A stretch of DNA of 64,000 bases from Thermoanaerobaculia bacterium (GTDB taxonomy: Bacteria > Acidobacteriota > Thermoanaerobaculia > Multivoradales > Multivoraceae). Within the stretch, counting starts at the first letter, position 1, and each line of letters begins with the position of its first letter. A program made the position numbers and the translations under genes. The notes below the pieces were generated by a model, which made no database searches, was not told the DNA's origin, and was given only the letters and a program-made list of their open reading frames with translations. This document shows, one piece after another, positions 38,769-48,851 of this stretch. The stretch is taken from NCBI GenBank assembly GCA_963664405.1, contig OY761158.1, positions 3,616,001 to 3,680,000 on the forward strand. Direction: 5' to 3'.

Positions 38769-38904
38769 GAGTGACCCATTGGAACTCCGATTCAGAGGCC
38801 GAGAATGCTTCCAAGGGTTGACACCCTGAGATTGATCCGAAACCATACGCGCGTTCCCAGTGAACTCGGGCTCACGCGTTTCCATATCGACAAGGAAAAG
38901 GCTG

Positions 38905-39498
38905 ATGGCTGAGCAAGATTCAGGTGCTTCAAACAGCCCCGCGAAGGGGGCGACCGCGACAGCAAAGGTCTCTACTAGCGGTGGAGGGCAGGGCCTGCGA
39001 GGCCTCCTGACCCGGCGTGGCATGTTCTCTTGGGCGGCCGTGGGCTGGGTAGGCTTCGCCGCGGCGATGGCAGCCTGGGCGGGAGCGCTCAACCGCTTTC
39101 TCTATCCCAATGTTCTATTCGAGCCGCCGCTTCGCTTCAAGGTCGGCCCTCCCGACGATTTTCCGCAAGGAGTGGTGGACGAGCGCTTCAAGGAATCGCG
39201 AGGTATCTGGGTCGTCAACAACGATGGGAAGCTCTATGCGCTCATCGCGATTTGCACCCACCTCGGATGCCCTCCCAACTGGCTGGCCGAGCAGAACAAA
39301 TTCAAGTGCCCCTGCCATGGCAGCGGCTACTACAAGAACGGAGTCAACTTCGAAGGGCCGACTCCTCGTCCACTCGAGCGCGCCGCGATCTCGATCGACC
39401 CCCAGGATGGGCAGTTGCAGGTAGACAAAGGTCGGAAGTTCCTTTTCGAAGCAGGGCAGTGGGATGATCCCGCGTCCTTTATCCCGGTACTCGGGTAG
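38905..39498 (+). CDS. Rieske 2Fe-2S subunit of quinol:cytochrome c oxidoreductase
   Basis: CTHLGC and CPCHGS boxes; TRRGMF Tat-like anchor; GPTPRPL. Confidence 0.95.
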   Translation: MAEQDSGASNSPAKGATATAKVSTSGGGQGLRGLLTRRGMFSWAAVGWVGFAAAMAAWAGALNRFLYPNVLFEPPLRFKVGPPDDFPQGVVDERFKESRGIWVVNNDGKLYALIAICTHLGCPPNWLAEQNKFKCPCHGSGYYKNGVNFEGPTPRPLERAAISIDPQDGQLQVDKGRKFLFEAGQWDDPASFIPVLG

Positions 39499-39515
39499 CA
39501 GGGCAGAGACAGATC

Positions 39516-40295
39516 ATGCTCAAGAAGCTGCAAAAAGGCATCGTCAGGTCACAGATCTGGAAGTCGGTCTTTCGGGTCGGTATTCCGACCGACAATCGCA
39601 AGCGAGCACTCGCCATGCTCGGCAACGTCGTTCTTCACCTTCATCCGGTGAAGGTGAAGAAGTCGGGTATCCGGATGAGCTACACATGGTGCATGGGAGG
39701 AACGGCGTTCTTCCTGTTCCTGGTCGAGACGATCACCGGCTTGCTGCTCATGTTCTACTACCGGCCGACCGTCGAATACGCATATGTCGACATGGTCGAC
39801 CTTCGCGAGGCCGCCGCTTTCGGCATTATGAGAGAGCTTCACCGTTGGGGCGCCCATGCCATGGTGATCTCGGTCTGGCTGCACATGTTCCGTGTGTTCA
39901 TGACCGGCTCCTACAAGCCGCCGAGAGAGTTCAATTGGAACGTCGGGGTGATCCTGCTGGTTCTGACTCTGCTGCTTTCGTTCACCGGCTATCTTCTGCC
40001 CTGGGATCAGCTCGCAATCTGGGCTATCACCGTCGGCTCGAACATGGCTCGAGCAACACCCTTTCTCGGTCACGAAGGGCCGGGTGCAGCTTTTCTCAGT
40101 CTCGGGGGTCAACAGCTGATACATGTCGGCAGCGACGCCCGTTTCGCGTTGATCGCGGGACGAGTGATTGGTGGCGCCACGCTACTGCGTTTCTACGTTC
40201 TCCACTGCGTCGGCATTCCGCTGATTGCGGCCTTCCTCATGTCCGTGCACTTCTGGCGGGTGCGTAAGGACGGGGGCATCTCAGGGCCGGTATAG
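39516..40295 (+). CDS. Cytochrome b6-type subunit
   Basis: WCMGG, four heme His, GYLLPWDQ; 14 residues between the helix D His pair. Confidence 0.94.
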   Translation: MLKKLQKGIVRSQIWKSVFRVGIPTDNRKRALAMLGNVVLHLHPVKVKKSGIRMSYTWCMGGTAFFLFLVETITGLLLMFYYRPTVEYAYVDMVDLREAAAFGIMRELHRWGAHAMVISVWLHMFRVFMTGSYKPPREFNWNVGVILLVLTLLLSFTGYLLPWDQLAIWAITVGSNMARATPFLGHEGPGAAFLSLGGQQLIHVGSDARFALIAGRVIGGATLLRFYVLHCVGIPLIAAFLMSVHFWRVRKDGGISGPV

Positions 40296-40298
40296 ATC

Positions 40299-41390
40299 AT
40301 GGAAACGATTGCCAACTTCATCAATCTACTGTCGGCGCCGCAGTACTCTTTCACTCTGTCGCTGGTCCTGTTTTGGCTGGCGATCCGGTCGAAGCGGCTG
40401 TGGACCAAGGCTGGCGGCATCGCCTTGTTGGCGGTGGGCGTCGGCTACTTCCTTGTCAGCCTCGGCAGTAAGGATTTCCGTCTCATCGTCACCAAAGAGG
40501 ACAACGTCCCCATCGTGATCATGGTCTTTCTGGTCGGTTTCTTCCTGTGGCTGGCCATGACCAAGGCTCACAAGAACGACAAGCTCGAAGAAGAAGGCGA
40601 GCCGGCCTTCGAGAAGACCGAGTCCCAAGACCGGATCTTCACCTGGCCGGACCTGGTCTTCTCAGAGCTCATCTGCATGGTCATTCTCACCGTGGTGATG
40701 ATCGTCTGGTCGATCGCTCTGGTCGCACCGCTCGAAGAGCCGGCTAACACCTCGGTCGCTCCCAACCCGTCGAAAGCTCCCTGGTACTTCTTGGGGCTGC
40801 AGGAGATGTTGGTCTATTTCGATCCGTGGATGGCCGGGGTGGTGCTGCCGAGTCTCATCGTTGTTGGCTTGATGGCCATTCCCTTCATCGATACCAATCC
40901 CAAGGGGAATGGCTACTTCACCTTCAGTGAGCGGAAGACCGAGATTACGCTCTTTACTTTCGGCTATCTCGTCCTCTGGGTCCAGCTCATCGTTATCGGT
41001 ACTTTTCTTCGGGGCCCCAACTGGAATTTCTTCGGGCCTTACGAATTCTGGGATCCGGGCAAGGTAGAGCCTCTGATCAATGTCGACGTAGCCGATTTCT
41101 TCTGGATCCGTATGTTGGGAATCGGCCATCCGTCTCACTGGCTCATACGTGAGATGCCTGGGCTGCTCTTCGTCGGCTTCTATTTCCTCGCTCTGCCCGT
41201 GCTGCTGCCAAAGCTTCGTTTCACCAAGAAGTATTTTGGACGCTTCTACGAGCAGATGGGGCCCGCCCGTTACTACGTCGGTATCACCTTGGTCCTGACC
41301 ATGATGATGATGCCGATCAAGATGTACCTGCGGTGGGCGTTCAATCTCAAATACTTCGTCCATATTCAGGAGTTCTTCTTCAACATCTGA
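40299..41390 (+). CDS. Subunit IV-like (cytochrome b C-terminal) protein with extra TM helices
   Basis: PLEEPAN..APNPSKAPWYF (PEWY equivalent), PFID. Confidence 0.85.
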   Translation: METIANFINLLSAPQYSFTLSLVLFWLAIRSKRLWTKAGGIALLAVGVGYFLVSLGSKDFRLIVTKEDNVPIVIMVFLVGFFLWLAMTKAHKNDKLEEEGEPAFEKTESQDRIFTWPDLVFSELICMVILTVVMIVWSIALVAPLEEPANTSVAPNPSKAPWYFLGLQEMLVYFDPWMAGVVLPSLIVVGLMAIPFIDTNPKGNGYFTFSERKTEITLFTFGYLVLWVQLIVIGTFLRGPNWNFFGPYEFWDPGKVEPLINVDVADFFWIRMLGIGHPSHWLIREMPGLLFVGFYFLALPVLLPKLRFTKKYFGRFYEQMGPARYYVGITLVLTMMMMPIKMYLRWAFNLKYFVHIQEFFFNI

Positions 41391-41435
41391 TCCGACGCGC
41401 CGCGTCGGTAAGCCAGGCGCCCGAAGAGAAGAATC

Positions 41436-44369
41436 GTGGCAGCTCCTACCCCCCCCTCCAAGACCCCGGACCGTCATTACGACTTCCGGTCGTTGAATGT
41501 TGTTTTCGCGCTGAGCTCGCTGGCTCTCCTCGCCGTCACTCTGTTTATGGTGATGGGAGACTTCGGCAGGCCCTGGAAGCGCTACCAGTCTGAGTTCCGA
41601 GATCTGGAGCGCGCCGCGATCCTGAAAGAGCTCGAGGCCGAGCGCCAGAGCCTGAATCAGGACCAGATCGCCACCGTGAATTCAGAGATCGCGGCGGAAA
41701 GGCAGCGGCTGGAAGAGCGTCGTGGCGAGATCGACTCGCTGGAATCCGACATCGTTGCCTTTGATCGAGAGATTTTCGGCTCCGACGCCGCCATGAGGGC
41801 AACCAAGTCGGAACTCGACGCCCAGAAATACGTGTACGACTCGGCCCTGCAGCGTGGTGAAGAAGACAGCATCACTGAGGAGCGAGAGACCGTCGCGTCC
41901 CTGACCAGTACCTGGATGGATGAGCGACGCACGGTGCAGGAGCTGGAGACTGAGCGTGACGCAGTTGAGGGCGAGCTCGAGGAGGCACACAGCGCTCTGA
42001 CCGCGTCGGAGGCGAAGCTCAACGACCTCAACGCGGCGCTCAGCGGTCTCGATGTCCGCCTCGAAACCGTCGCCAAAGACATCGACTACTTCATGCTCAA
42101 CGCGCCGTTGATGGACTTTCTCCAGCCAACATTGCGTATCGAGCAGGTGGTCTTGTCAGGTCTTTTTCACGACATCAACTTCACCACCATCGACCGCGTC
42201 GACCGCTGTCAGACCTGTCATATCGCGTCGGGCCGCACCGGCTACGACGGCGAGGAGTGGGAAGAGCCCTTTCGCTCCCATCCCCGGCTCGATCTCTTCG
42301 TAAACGATGGGTCACCTCACCCATACTCGCAATTCGGCTGCACGGCCTGCCACGGTGGCCTCGACCGAGCCACCGATTTTGCTCGCGCTGGACACACTCC
42401 AGTCGCGGAAGAACAGTTGCACGAGTGGACCGCCGGCCTCGGCTGGGAACGGCAGAAGTTCCTCGAGACGCCCATTCACGCCCTTCCTTTTGCCGAAGCG
42501 GGCTGCCTCAGTTGCCATGCGGACCAGGTGTGGACCCCGGAGTCGCACACCGCCGACACCGGCCGCAAGCTGATCCTCAAGATGGGTTGCTATGGCTGTC
42601 ACAAGATCGACTTCGAGGCGTTCACCGATCTGCCGAAGGTTGGTCCCGACCTCCGTAAAGTCGCTTCGAAGACCAATTCAGCCTGGGCGACGAAGTGGAT
42701 CCGCGCTCCGCGTGAATTCCGCCAGACCACTTGGATGCCGCACTTCTTCTACGGGGAGAACATCAAAGGAGCTGAGAACGAGGCGTTTCAGGAGGCAGAG
42801 ATTGCCTCGATTGTCGACTTGCTCTGGGAGAGCTCTGAAACAGTCAGCTACAACCCTGTGCGGGCAGGGAATGCCGCCAGAGGCGAGGCGCTGTTCAACA
42901 GTATCGGCTGCACCGGTTGTCACGTCATCGATGGCGAAGGGTCACGCGAGGACTACCTCGACAACCTCGAGCGGCTGCACGGTCCGAACCTGATCGGTGT
43001 CGGCAGCAAGGTCAGCGCCGAGTGGCTCTTCGCGTGGCTCAAAGACCCGAAGCAGTACCGGCCTGATACCCCGATGCCGAATCTACGGCTCGAGGATCAG
43101 GAGGCCGAGGACCTCACTGCCTACCTCATGGGCCAGCGCAATCCTGCCTGGGAGGGTCTAGCTCGGGAGCCTGCATCGAGCGTCGCCAGGGGTCGGTTGG
43201 TGCTCGAATATCTGCAGGCCACGATGACTATCGAGCAGAGTGAGGCGCGCCTGGCCGAAATGAGCGACGAAGAGCAGAGTCTCTTCCTCGGCCGTCAGTC
43301 GGTTTCGAAGTACGGGTGCTTTGGCTGTCACACCATCGCCGGCTTCGAAGAGACCAAGCCGATCGGTGTTGAGCTGACGGAGGAGGCTTCCAAGCCCACC
43401 CACCTTCTCGACTTTGGTCACGTTCACGAAGTCGAGCACACGCGCAACGACTGGATTCGCACCAAGGTCCAGCGACCCAGGATCTGGGATCAGGGAAAAG
43501 AGCTGGTGAAGAACTTCGGCGAGCTCTATCGGATGCCCAATTTTGGCATGTCCGATCGAGAGGCGGACGCCGTAACCACAATCGTGCTCGGCTTCACCAA
43601 AGAGTCGGTGATCGAACAGCGCAAGGCCGGCAACAGCCCGCTGACCCCGACCTTGGCTGCAGGCCGCAAGATCGTCAGCCATTACAACTGTCAGGGCTGC
43701 CACCTCATCGAGGGTGCGGGCCGTGCAATCCGTACCGCGATGGAGGATGACAGCAATCTTCCTCCTAACCTGTCGGCGCAGGGCGCTCGAACTCAGGCGG
43801 ACTGGCTCTTCGGTTTTCTTCACGATCCGTCGAGTGTGCAATTGCGTCCTTGGCTGAAGGTGCGGATGCCGACCTTCGACTTCTCCGACGAGCAAGCGAA
43901 CGGACTCATTTCGTACTTCGCCGCTCTGGAGGAGACGGTGCCCTTCGCCTCGGATCCTGAGCCCGCCGACCCACGAAGCCTGGGTGTCGGTACCGAGATT
44001 TTTGCGATGCTCCAGTGCGCCCGCTGCCATCCGGCCGGTGAGGACGCTCTGGCTGACCTCGGTGGCGGTACCGCCGATCTTGCTCCCTCACTCTTGCTCG
44101 GACCGGAACGGCTACGACACGACTGGGTCGCATCGTGGATCAAGGACCCGCAGGGCTGGGTTCCCGGTACGCGGATGCCGACCAATTTCCCAGTGCTGCC
44201 CGATGGCAGCTTCTCGTCACCCTTACCCAATGTAATAGACACTCCGCCCTTCGCCGATGCCAAACGCAGCATGATGCGTCATTTCGATAGCGACGCCGAG
44301 CTCGAAGAGTTCCTCGGCGACGTCGATCGCGTGAGCGAGGCATTGCGGGACTACATCTGGAGTCTCTAG
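41436..44369 (+). CDS. Membrane-anchored multiheme cytochrome c (8 CxxCH) with long coiled coil
   Basis: CQTCH, CTACH, CLSCH, CYGCH, CTGCH, CFGCH, CQGCH, CARCH. Confidence 0.92.
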   Translation: MAAPTPPSKTPDRHYDFRSLNVVFALSSLALLAVTLFMVMGDFGRPWKRYQSEFRDLERAAILKELEAERQSLNQDQIATVNSEIAAERQRLEERRGEIDSLESDIVAFDREIFGSDAAMRATKSELDAQKYVYDSALQRGEEDSITEERETVASLTSTWMDERRTVQELETERDAVEGELEEAHSALTASEAKLNDLNAALSGLDVRLETVAKDIDYFMLNAPLMDFLQPTLRIEQVVLSGLFHDINFTTIDRVDRCQTCHIASGRTGYDGEEWEEPFRSHPRLDLFVNDGSPHPYSQFGCTACHGGLDRATDFARAGHTPVAEEQLHEWTAGLGWERQKFLETPIHALPFAEAGCLSCHADQVWTPESHTADTGRKLILKMGCYGCHKIDFEAFTDLPKVGPDLRKVASKTNSAWATKWIRAPREFRQTTWMPHFFYGENIKGAENEAFQEAEIASIVDLLWESSETVSYNPVRAGNAARGEALFNSIGCTGCHVIDGEGSREDYLDNLERLHGPNLIGVGSKVSAEWLFAWLKDPKQYRPDTPMPNLRLEDQEAEDLTAYLMGQRNPAWEGLAREPASSVARGRLVLEYLQATMTIEQSEARLAEMSDEEQSLFLGRQSVSKYGCFGCHTIAGFEETKPIGVELTEEASKPTHLLDFGHVHEVEHTRNDWIRTKVQRPRIWDQGKELVKNFGELYRMPNFGMSDREADAVTTIVLGFTKESVIEQRKAGNSPLTPTLAAGRKIVSHYNCQGCHLIEGAGRAIRTAMEDDSNLPPNLSAQGARTQADWLFGFLHDPSSVQLRPWLKVRMPTFDFSDEQANGLISYFAALEETVPFASDPEPADPRSLGVGTEIFAMLQCARCHPAGEDALADLGGGTADLAPSLLLGPERLRHDWVASWIKDPQGWVPGTRMPTNFPVLPDGSFSSPLPNVIDTPPFADAKRSMMRHFDSDAELEEFLGDVDRVSEALRDYIWSL

Positions 44370-44397
44370 AAAGCTCACTTCAAGGAGGATTTCGAAA

Positions 44398-45165
44398 ATG
44401 AAGAATGCCAAGATCGGGTTTGGCCTATCTACTCTGCTACTCCTCGCCCTCGTCGGCTGCGGCGGTGGTGACAGCTCCGCGCCGGCGCCGGCGGCAGACG
44501 CTCCGCCGCCGGCTCCGCCTGTCGATTTGTCGCAGACCGGCTCCTTAGCCGGAGTCGTTACCTTCTCTAATGGCGACGACCCCGACATCGTTATCAAGAT
44601 GGACGCCGATCCGGTTTGCGCGGGCCTGCACAGCGGGCCGGTGGAATCCGAGACTCGTCTTGCTGACGGTTCCAATCTGGCCAACGTCTTCGTGTATGTG
44701 AAGTCTGGTCTCGAGGGCAGCTTCAATGCGCCGGCCGAGCCGGCGAGTTTGAACCAGGAAGGTTGCCTCTACACGCCGCGCGTCTCGGGAATCATGGTCG
44801 GCCAGACCCTCAAGGTGGTCAACACCGACCCTACTCTTCACAATGTGCATGCGGTGCCGAGCAACAACCCGGAGTTCAATCAGGCTCAGCCTTTCCAAGG
44901 CATGGAGCTCGAACGTGTGTTCGAGAGCTCCGAGGTGATGATTCCCTTCAAGTGCGACGTCCACCCGTGGATGCAGTCGTATGTGGCAGTTCTCGACCAT
45001 CCCTTCTTTGGGGTGAGCGGTACGAATGGCAGCTTTTCGATCGAGGGGATTCCGGCTGGAACCTACACAGTCGAAGCCTGGCATGAGCTGTTCGGCACTC
45101 AGACTTCGGAAGTTACGATTGGGGCCGGCGACTCCACCGACGTTGCCTTCAGCTTTGGTGGTTAG
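44398..45165 (+). CDS. Lipoprotein with cupredoxin-like site and carboxypeptidase-regulatory-like domain
   Basis: Lipobox LVGC; HNVH...CDVHPWM; G.FSI.GIPAGTY.V.AWH. Confidence 0.8.
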   Translation: MKNAKIGFGLSTLLLLALVGCGGGDSSAPAPAADAPPPAPPVDLSQTGSLAGVVTFSNGDDPDIVIKMDADPVCAGLHSGPVESETRLADGSNLANVFVYVKSGLEGSFNAPAEPASLNQEGCLYTPRVSGIMVGQTLKVVNTDPTLHNVHAVPSNNPEFNQAQPFQGMELERVFESSEVMIPFKCDVHPWMQSYVAVLDHPFFGVSGTNGSFSIEGIPAGTYTVEAWHELFGTQTSEVTIGAGDSTDVAFSFGG

Positions 45166-45192
45166 TGGCCTGAGTCAGGCTGTTCTCGGCAT

Positions 45193-46122
45193 GTGGAAAG
45201 TGCCGAGGCAGCTTCTCGCGAGGAGATGAAGGTGGAAACGGTCCAGATGGCGCAGGTGCACTTGAGTGCGGCCGACCTTTCCCAGCTGACAAAGCCCCGC
45301 ATCACGCTCATGGTGCTCATCACCATGGCGGCGGGGGCTTTCTTGGCCGATCCTGCCGGCTTCTCGCCTTTGCTGGTGAGTGAGGCCCTACTCGCGACCG
45401 GGTTGTTGGCGAGTGCCGCGTCGGCGCTCAATCAGGTCCTCGAGACGCGCGAAGACGCTCTTATGGAGCGCACTCGCGACCGTCCGCTGGCGGCGGGTCG
45501 GGTCGATCGCACTCTGGTGATCTCCCTGGCCTGTGCCTCCACCGCGATCGCGCTGCTCATTCTGGCGTGGCGAGTCAATCCGCTGACCGCTCTGCTCGGA
45601 GCCATTACTTCTTTCTCATACCTCTTCTTGTACACGCCCCTCAAGAAGCGCACCGTGTTCTCGACGCTGGTGGGTGCGGTTCCCGGTGCTCTCCCGCCCG
45701 TGATGGGGTGGGCGGCCGCTTCGGGACGCATCGACGCGGGCGCTTGGGTCCTCTTCGGCATGCTCTTTCTGTGGCAGGTGCCCCACTTCCTCGCCATCGC
45801 GTGGATCTATCGTGAGGACTACGGTCGCGGCGGCTTTCGCGTTCTTCCAGTCCTCGACCCTAAGGGTGGCTGGACGGCTGCGACGATGGTGGTTTTCACC
45901 GTGCTGCTCGTTGGAGTCACCCTGTTGGGCCCGGGCGCTGGTGTTTTCGATACCATCGGAGTCACCGGGGCGGTGGCTGCGGGACTGGGCTTTCTGCTTA
46001 CAGGTATCGACTTCGCCAGGCGCCGATCTCGGCAGGCGGCGCGCCGCGTTCTTCTTGCTTCTGTTCTATACCTGCCGGCGGTTCTCGCCATTTCGCTATT
46101 CGACTATTTGCCAGGGCTGTAG
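45193..46122 (+). CDS. ctaB: Heme O synthase (protoheme IX farnesyltransferase)
   Basis: LTKPRI, DALMERTRDRPL, YTPLKKR, WQVPHF; start may be 45226 or 45232. Confidence 0.93.
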   Translation: MESAEAASREEMKVETVQMAQVHLSAADLSQLTKPRITLMVLITMAAGAFLADPAGFSPLLVSEALLATGLLASAASALNQVLETREDALMERTRDRPLAAGRVDRTLVISLACASTAIALLILAWRVNPLTALLGAITSFSYLFLYTPLKKRTVFSTLVGAVPGALPPVMGWAAASGRIDAGAWVLFGMLFLWQVPHFLAIAWIYREDYGRGGFRVLPVLDPKGGWTAATMVVFTVLLVGVTLLGPGAGVFDTIGVTGAVAAGLGFLLTGIDFARRRSRQAARRVLLASVLYLPAVLAISLFDYLPGL

Positions 46123-46167
46123 CGGAGGTCTTCTCGGACTTCTCTTGACTCATTTGGAAGGTGATGT

Positions 46168-47937
46168 ATGGAACCAGTCGCGACTGAACCTGAAGAAGCA
46201 GACCATCACGAGGATCACCCTCATGAGAGCTTCTGGAGGCGCTACGTCTTTTCCCAGGACCACAAAGTCATCGGCATTCAATACGCCGTGACCGCCTTGG
46301 TGTTCTTGTTCCTGGGCTTTTGCCTCATGCTGCTGATGCGCTGGCAGCTGGCCTACCCAGGCCAGCCGGTGCCGTTGATTGGCGGCCTGCTTGGCGAGAA
46401 CAACGCTCCCCAGGGGCGGATGCTGCCGGAGTTCTACAACCAGCTAGGTGCTATGCACGGCACGATCATGGTGTTCATGGCGATTGTGCCGCTCGCCGTC
46501 GGTGCCTTCGGCAACTATGTCGTACCGCTTCAGATCGGCGCACCAGATATGGCCTTTCCGAAGTTGAACATGGCGAGTTACTGGTGCTTCTTTGCAGGTG
46601 GCATCCTCATGCTCACCGGCTTCTTCGTCCCCGGTGGTGCCGCTCAATCGGGTTGGACCTCGTACCCGCCTCTGTCGGTTACGGCCCCGACTGGTCAGAC
46701 CATCTGGCTCTTCGGTATGGTTCTGCTGATCACCTCGTCCTTGTTGGGCTCGGTCAATTTCATCGTGACCATCATCCAACTGCGAGTGAAGGGGCTCACC
46801 TTCATGCGCCTCCCATTCTTTGTTTGGGCGCAATTGGTGACGGCCTTCCTGCTACTGCTCGCCTTCCCTCCGCTCGAGGCAGCCGGCATCTTGCAGCTCA
46901 TGGACCGCCTCGCCGGAACCAGCTTCTTCATGCCGGAGGGCCTCGTAATCAGTGGGCAGCTCTTAGAGGTGAGCGGCGGTGGCAGCCCGCTGCTGTGGCA
47001 GCATCTCTTTTGGTTCCTCGCCCACCCGGAAGTTTACGTACTCATATTGCCGGCGATGGGTATCGTTGCCGAGATCATCGCCACCAACACCCGCAAGCCG
47101 CTCTGGGGCTACAAGTCTCTGGTCTACTCGTTGATCTTCCTCGGCTTCATGTCTTTCATCGTCTGGGCTCACCATATGTTTCTGACCGGCATGGGCACCA
47201 AGATCAGTGCCTTCTTCCAGACTACGACGATGATCATCTCGGTTCCGTCGGTGGTCATCCTCACAGCTTTGCTCTTGTCTCTCTGGGGGGGCTCGATCCG
47301 CTTCAACACGCCGATGCTCTTTGCTCTGGCGTTTCTTCCCATGTTCGGCATCGGTGGGCTCACCGGCCTTCCACTGGGCCTGATCGCCTCGGACATCCCT
47401 CTGCACGACACTTACTACGTAATCGGTCACTTTCACTACGTGGTGGCGCCGGGAACGATCTTCGCCTTGTTTGCCGGCATCTACTTCTGGTTCCCCAAGG
47501 TGACCGGGCGAAAGATGAGCGAGCTTCTGGGCAAGCTTCATTTCTGGCCCTCGTTGATCTTCATCAACGGCGTCTTTTTCCCGATGTTCATCCAGGGACT
47601 GGCCGGCTTGTCTCGACGGCTCTATGACGGCGGCGAGATCTACGACTTCCCGGATCACGTCATGGTGTGGAACAAGGTCATGTCGCACTCGGCCTTCGGC
47701 CTTGCCGCGGTCCAGATCTTCTTCGTCGTCAACTTCTTTTGGAGCATCTTCAAGGGCGAGAAGGTCGGCGCCAACCCCTGGCAGTCGAACACCTTGGAGT
47801 GGACGGACGCTCCGTCTCCGCCGGTGGCCCATGGCAACTTTCCCAAGCTGCCACAGGTCTACCGCGGTGCCTACGAGTACAGCTCGCCGGGGCAGGACGA
47901 GGATTTCCTTCCCCAAAGCCAGCCGCAGGAGGCCTGA
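46168..47937 (+). CDS. ctaD: Heme-copper oxidase subunit I, A-type
   Basis: DHK, GWTSYPPL, HPEVY, WAHHM, HFH, RR. Confidence 0.96.
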   Translation: MEPVATEPEEADHHEDHPHESFWRRYVFSQDHKVIGIQYAVTALVFLFLGFCLMLLMRWQLAYPGQPVPLIGGLLGENNAPQGRMLPEFYNQLGAMHGTIMVFMAIVPLAVGAFGNYVVPLQIGAPDMAFPKLNMASYWCFFAGGILMLTGFFVPGGAAQSGWTSYPPLSVTAPTGQTIWLFGMVLLITSSLLGSVNFIVTIIQLRVKGLTFMRLPFFVWAQLVTAFLLLLAFPPLEAAGILQLMDRLAGTSFFMPEGLVISGQLLEVSGGGSPLLWQHLFWFLAHPEVYVLILPAMGIVAEIIATNTRKPLWGYKSLVYSLIFLGFMSFIVWAHHMFLTGMGTKISAFFQTTTMIISVPSVVILTALLLSLWGGSIRFNTPMLFALAFLPMFGIGGLTGLPLGLIASDIPLHDTYYVIGHFHYVVAPGTIFALFAGIYFWFPKVTGRKMSELLGKLHFWPSLIFINGVFFPMFIQGLAGLSRRLYDGGEIYDFPDHVMVWNKVMSHSAFGLAAVQIFFVVNFFWSIFKGEKVGANPWQSNTLEWTDAPSPPVAHGNFPKLPQVYRGAYEYSSPGQDEDFLPQSQPQEA

Positions 47938-47940
47938 GTC

Positions 47941-48537
47941 ATGTCGGTCGCGATCCCTTTCAATAGCGAACCTCGTCCCGACACCGGGCTGTACAACGCC
48001 AAGCTCGGTGTATGGCTCTTCCTCGCCTCCGAGGTCATGCTCTTCGGAGCCCTGTTCTCGACCTACATTCTGTTGCGTACCGCCGCTGTCGAGTGGCCGC
48101 AGGGCTCTGAGATTCTCGATGTTCCGATAGCCTTCTTCAACACCTTGGTGCTGATCGCTTCTAGCGTGACCATGGTCATGTCCTGGGCCTCCTTGAAGAT
48201 GGGCGACGTCGGCAAATTCAGGCTGTATATGGCTCTGACCATTCTGTGCGCACTCATCTTTCTAGCGGTCAAAGCCTACGAGTACGGAGCCAAGTTCTCT
48301 CATCATCACTACCCTTCCGACAGTACTTTTCTGGCGATCTACTTCACACTCACCGGGCTCCATGGCTTGCACATCATCGGTGGCGTGATCGTCAACGGCT
48401 ATTTATGGGGCCCTGGCCTCAAGATGTGGAAGTCCGATCCTGAGCGCTTCACCAACCGCATCGAGGTTGCCGGTCTGTACTGGCACTTTGTCGACTTGGT
48501 TTGGATCTTCCTCTTCCCTGTCCTCTATCTTCTGTAG
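47941..48537 (+). CDS. ctaE: Cytochrome c oxidase subunit III
   Basis: WLFLASEVMLF, TGLHGLH, YWHFVDLVW. Confidence 0.94.
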   Translation: MSVAIPFNSEPRPDTGLYNAKLGVWLFLASEVMLFGALFSTYILLRTAAVEWPQGSEILDVPIAFFNTLVLIASSVTMVMSWASLKMGDVGKFRLYMALTILCALIFLAVKAYEYGAKFSHHHYPSDSTFLAIYFTLTGLHGLHIIGGVIVNGYLWGPGLKMWKSDPERFTNRIEVAGLYWHFVDLVWIFLFPVLYLL

Positions 48538-48547
48538 GAGTTTTTCA

Positions 48548-48850
48548 ATGAGCGGCCATAGTGCAGAAGAGGTTCGTGCCCACGTCAAGATCTACATGAT
48601 GGTTTTCGGCGCGCTGGCGGTGCTGACCGTAGTGACGGTCGCTGTGAGCTATCTCGATATCGCGGTGGGTCCTGCGATGGTCCTCGCCCTTCTCATCGCC
48701 ACGGTCAAGGGCTCTTTGGTGGCCCTTTTCTTCATGCATCTCAAGGGCGAGGTGAGGGCCATACTCTGGACCTTGCTGTTGACGGCTTTCTTTTTTCTCG
48801 TACTGATGTCGGTTCCTCTGTCGGGCTACCTCGACTCGACGAGCTTGTAG
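48548..48850 (+). CDS. ctaF: Cytochrome c oxidase subunit IV
   Basis: IATVKGSLVALFFMHLK. Confidence 0.88.
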   Translation: MSGHSAEEVRAHVKIYMMVFGALAVLTVVTVAVSYLDIAVGPAMVLALLIATVKGSLVALFFMHLKGEVRAILWTLLLTAFFFLVLMSVPLSGYLDSTSL

Positions 48851-48851
48851 G

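Noticed and set aside
38818-38850. Internal sigma70 promoter before the Rieske gene
   Set aside because: Perfect TTGACA but no convincing -10 at correct spacing; left unresolved
38905-44369. Alternative complex III or a photosynthetic b6f complex
   Set aside because: No ActB/NrfD-like subunits, no cytochrome f and no photosynthesis genes; it is a Rieske/cyt b complex
46320-47916. Long alternative-frame and antisense ORFs over oxidase subunit I (and similar ones over nuo, GT and arg genes)
   Set aside because: Expected shadow ORFs in high-GC coding DNA; no recognisable motifs
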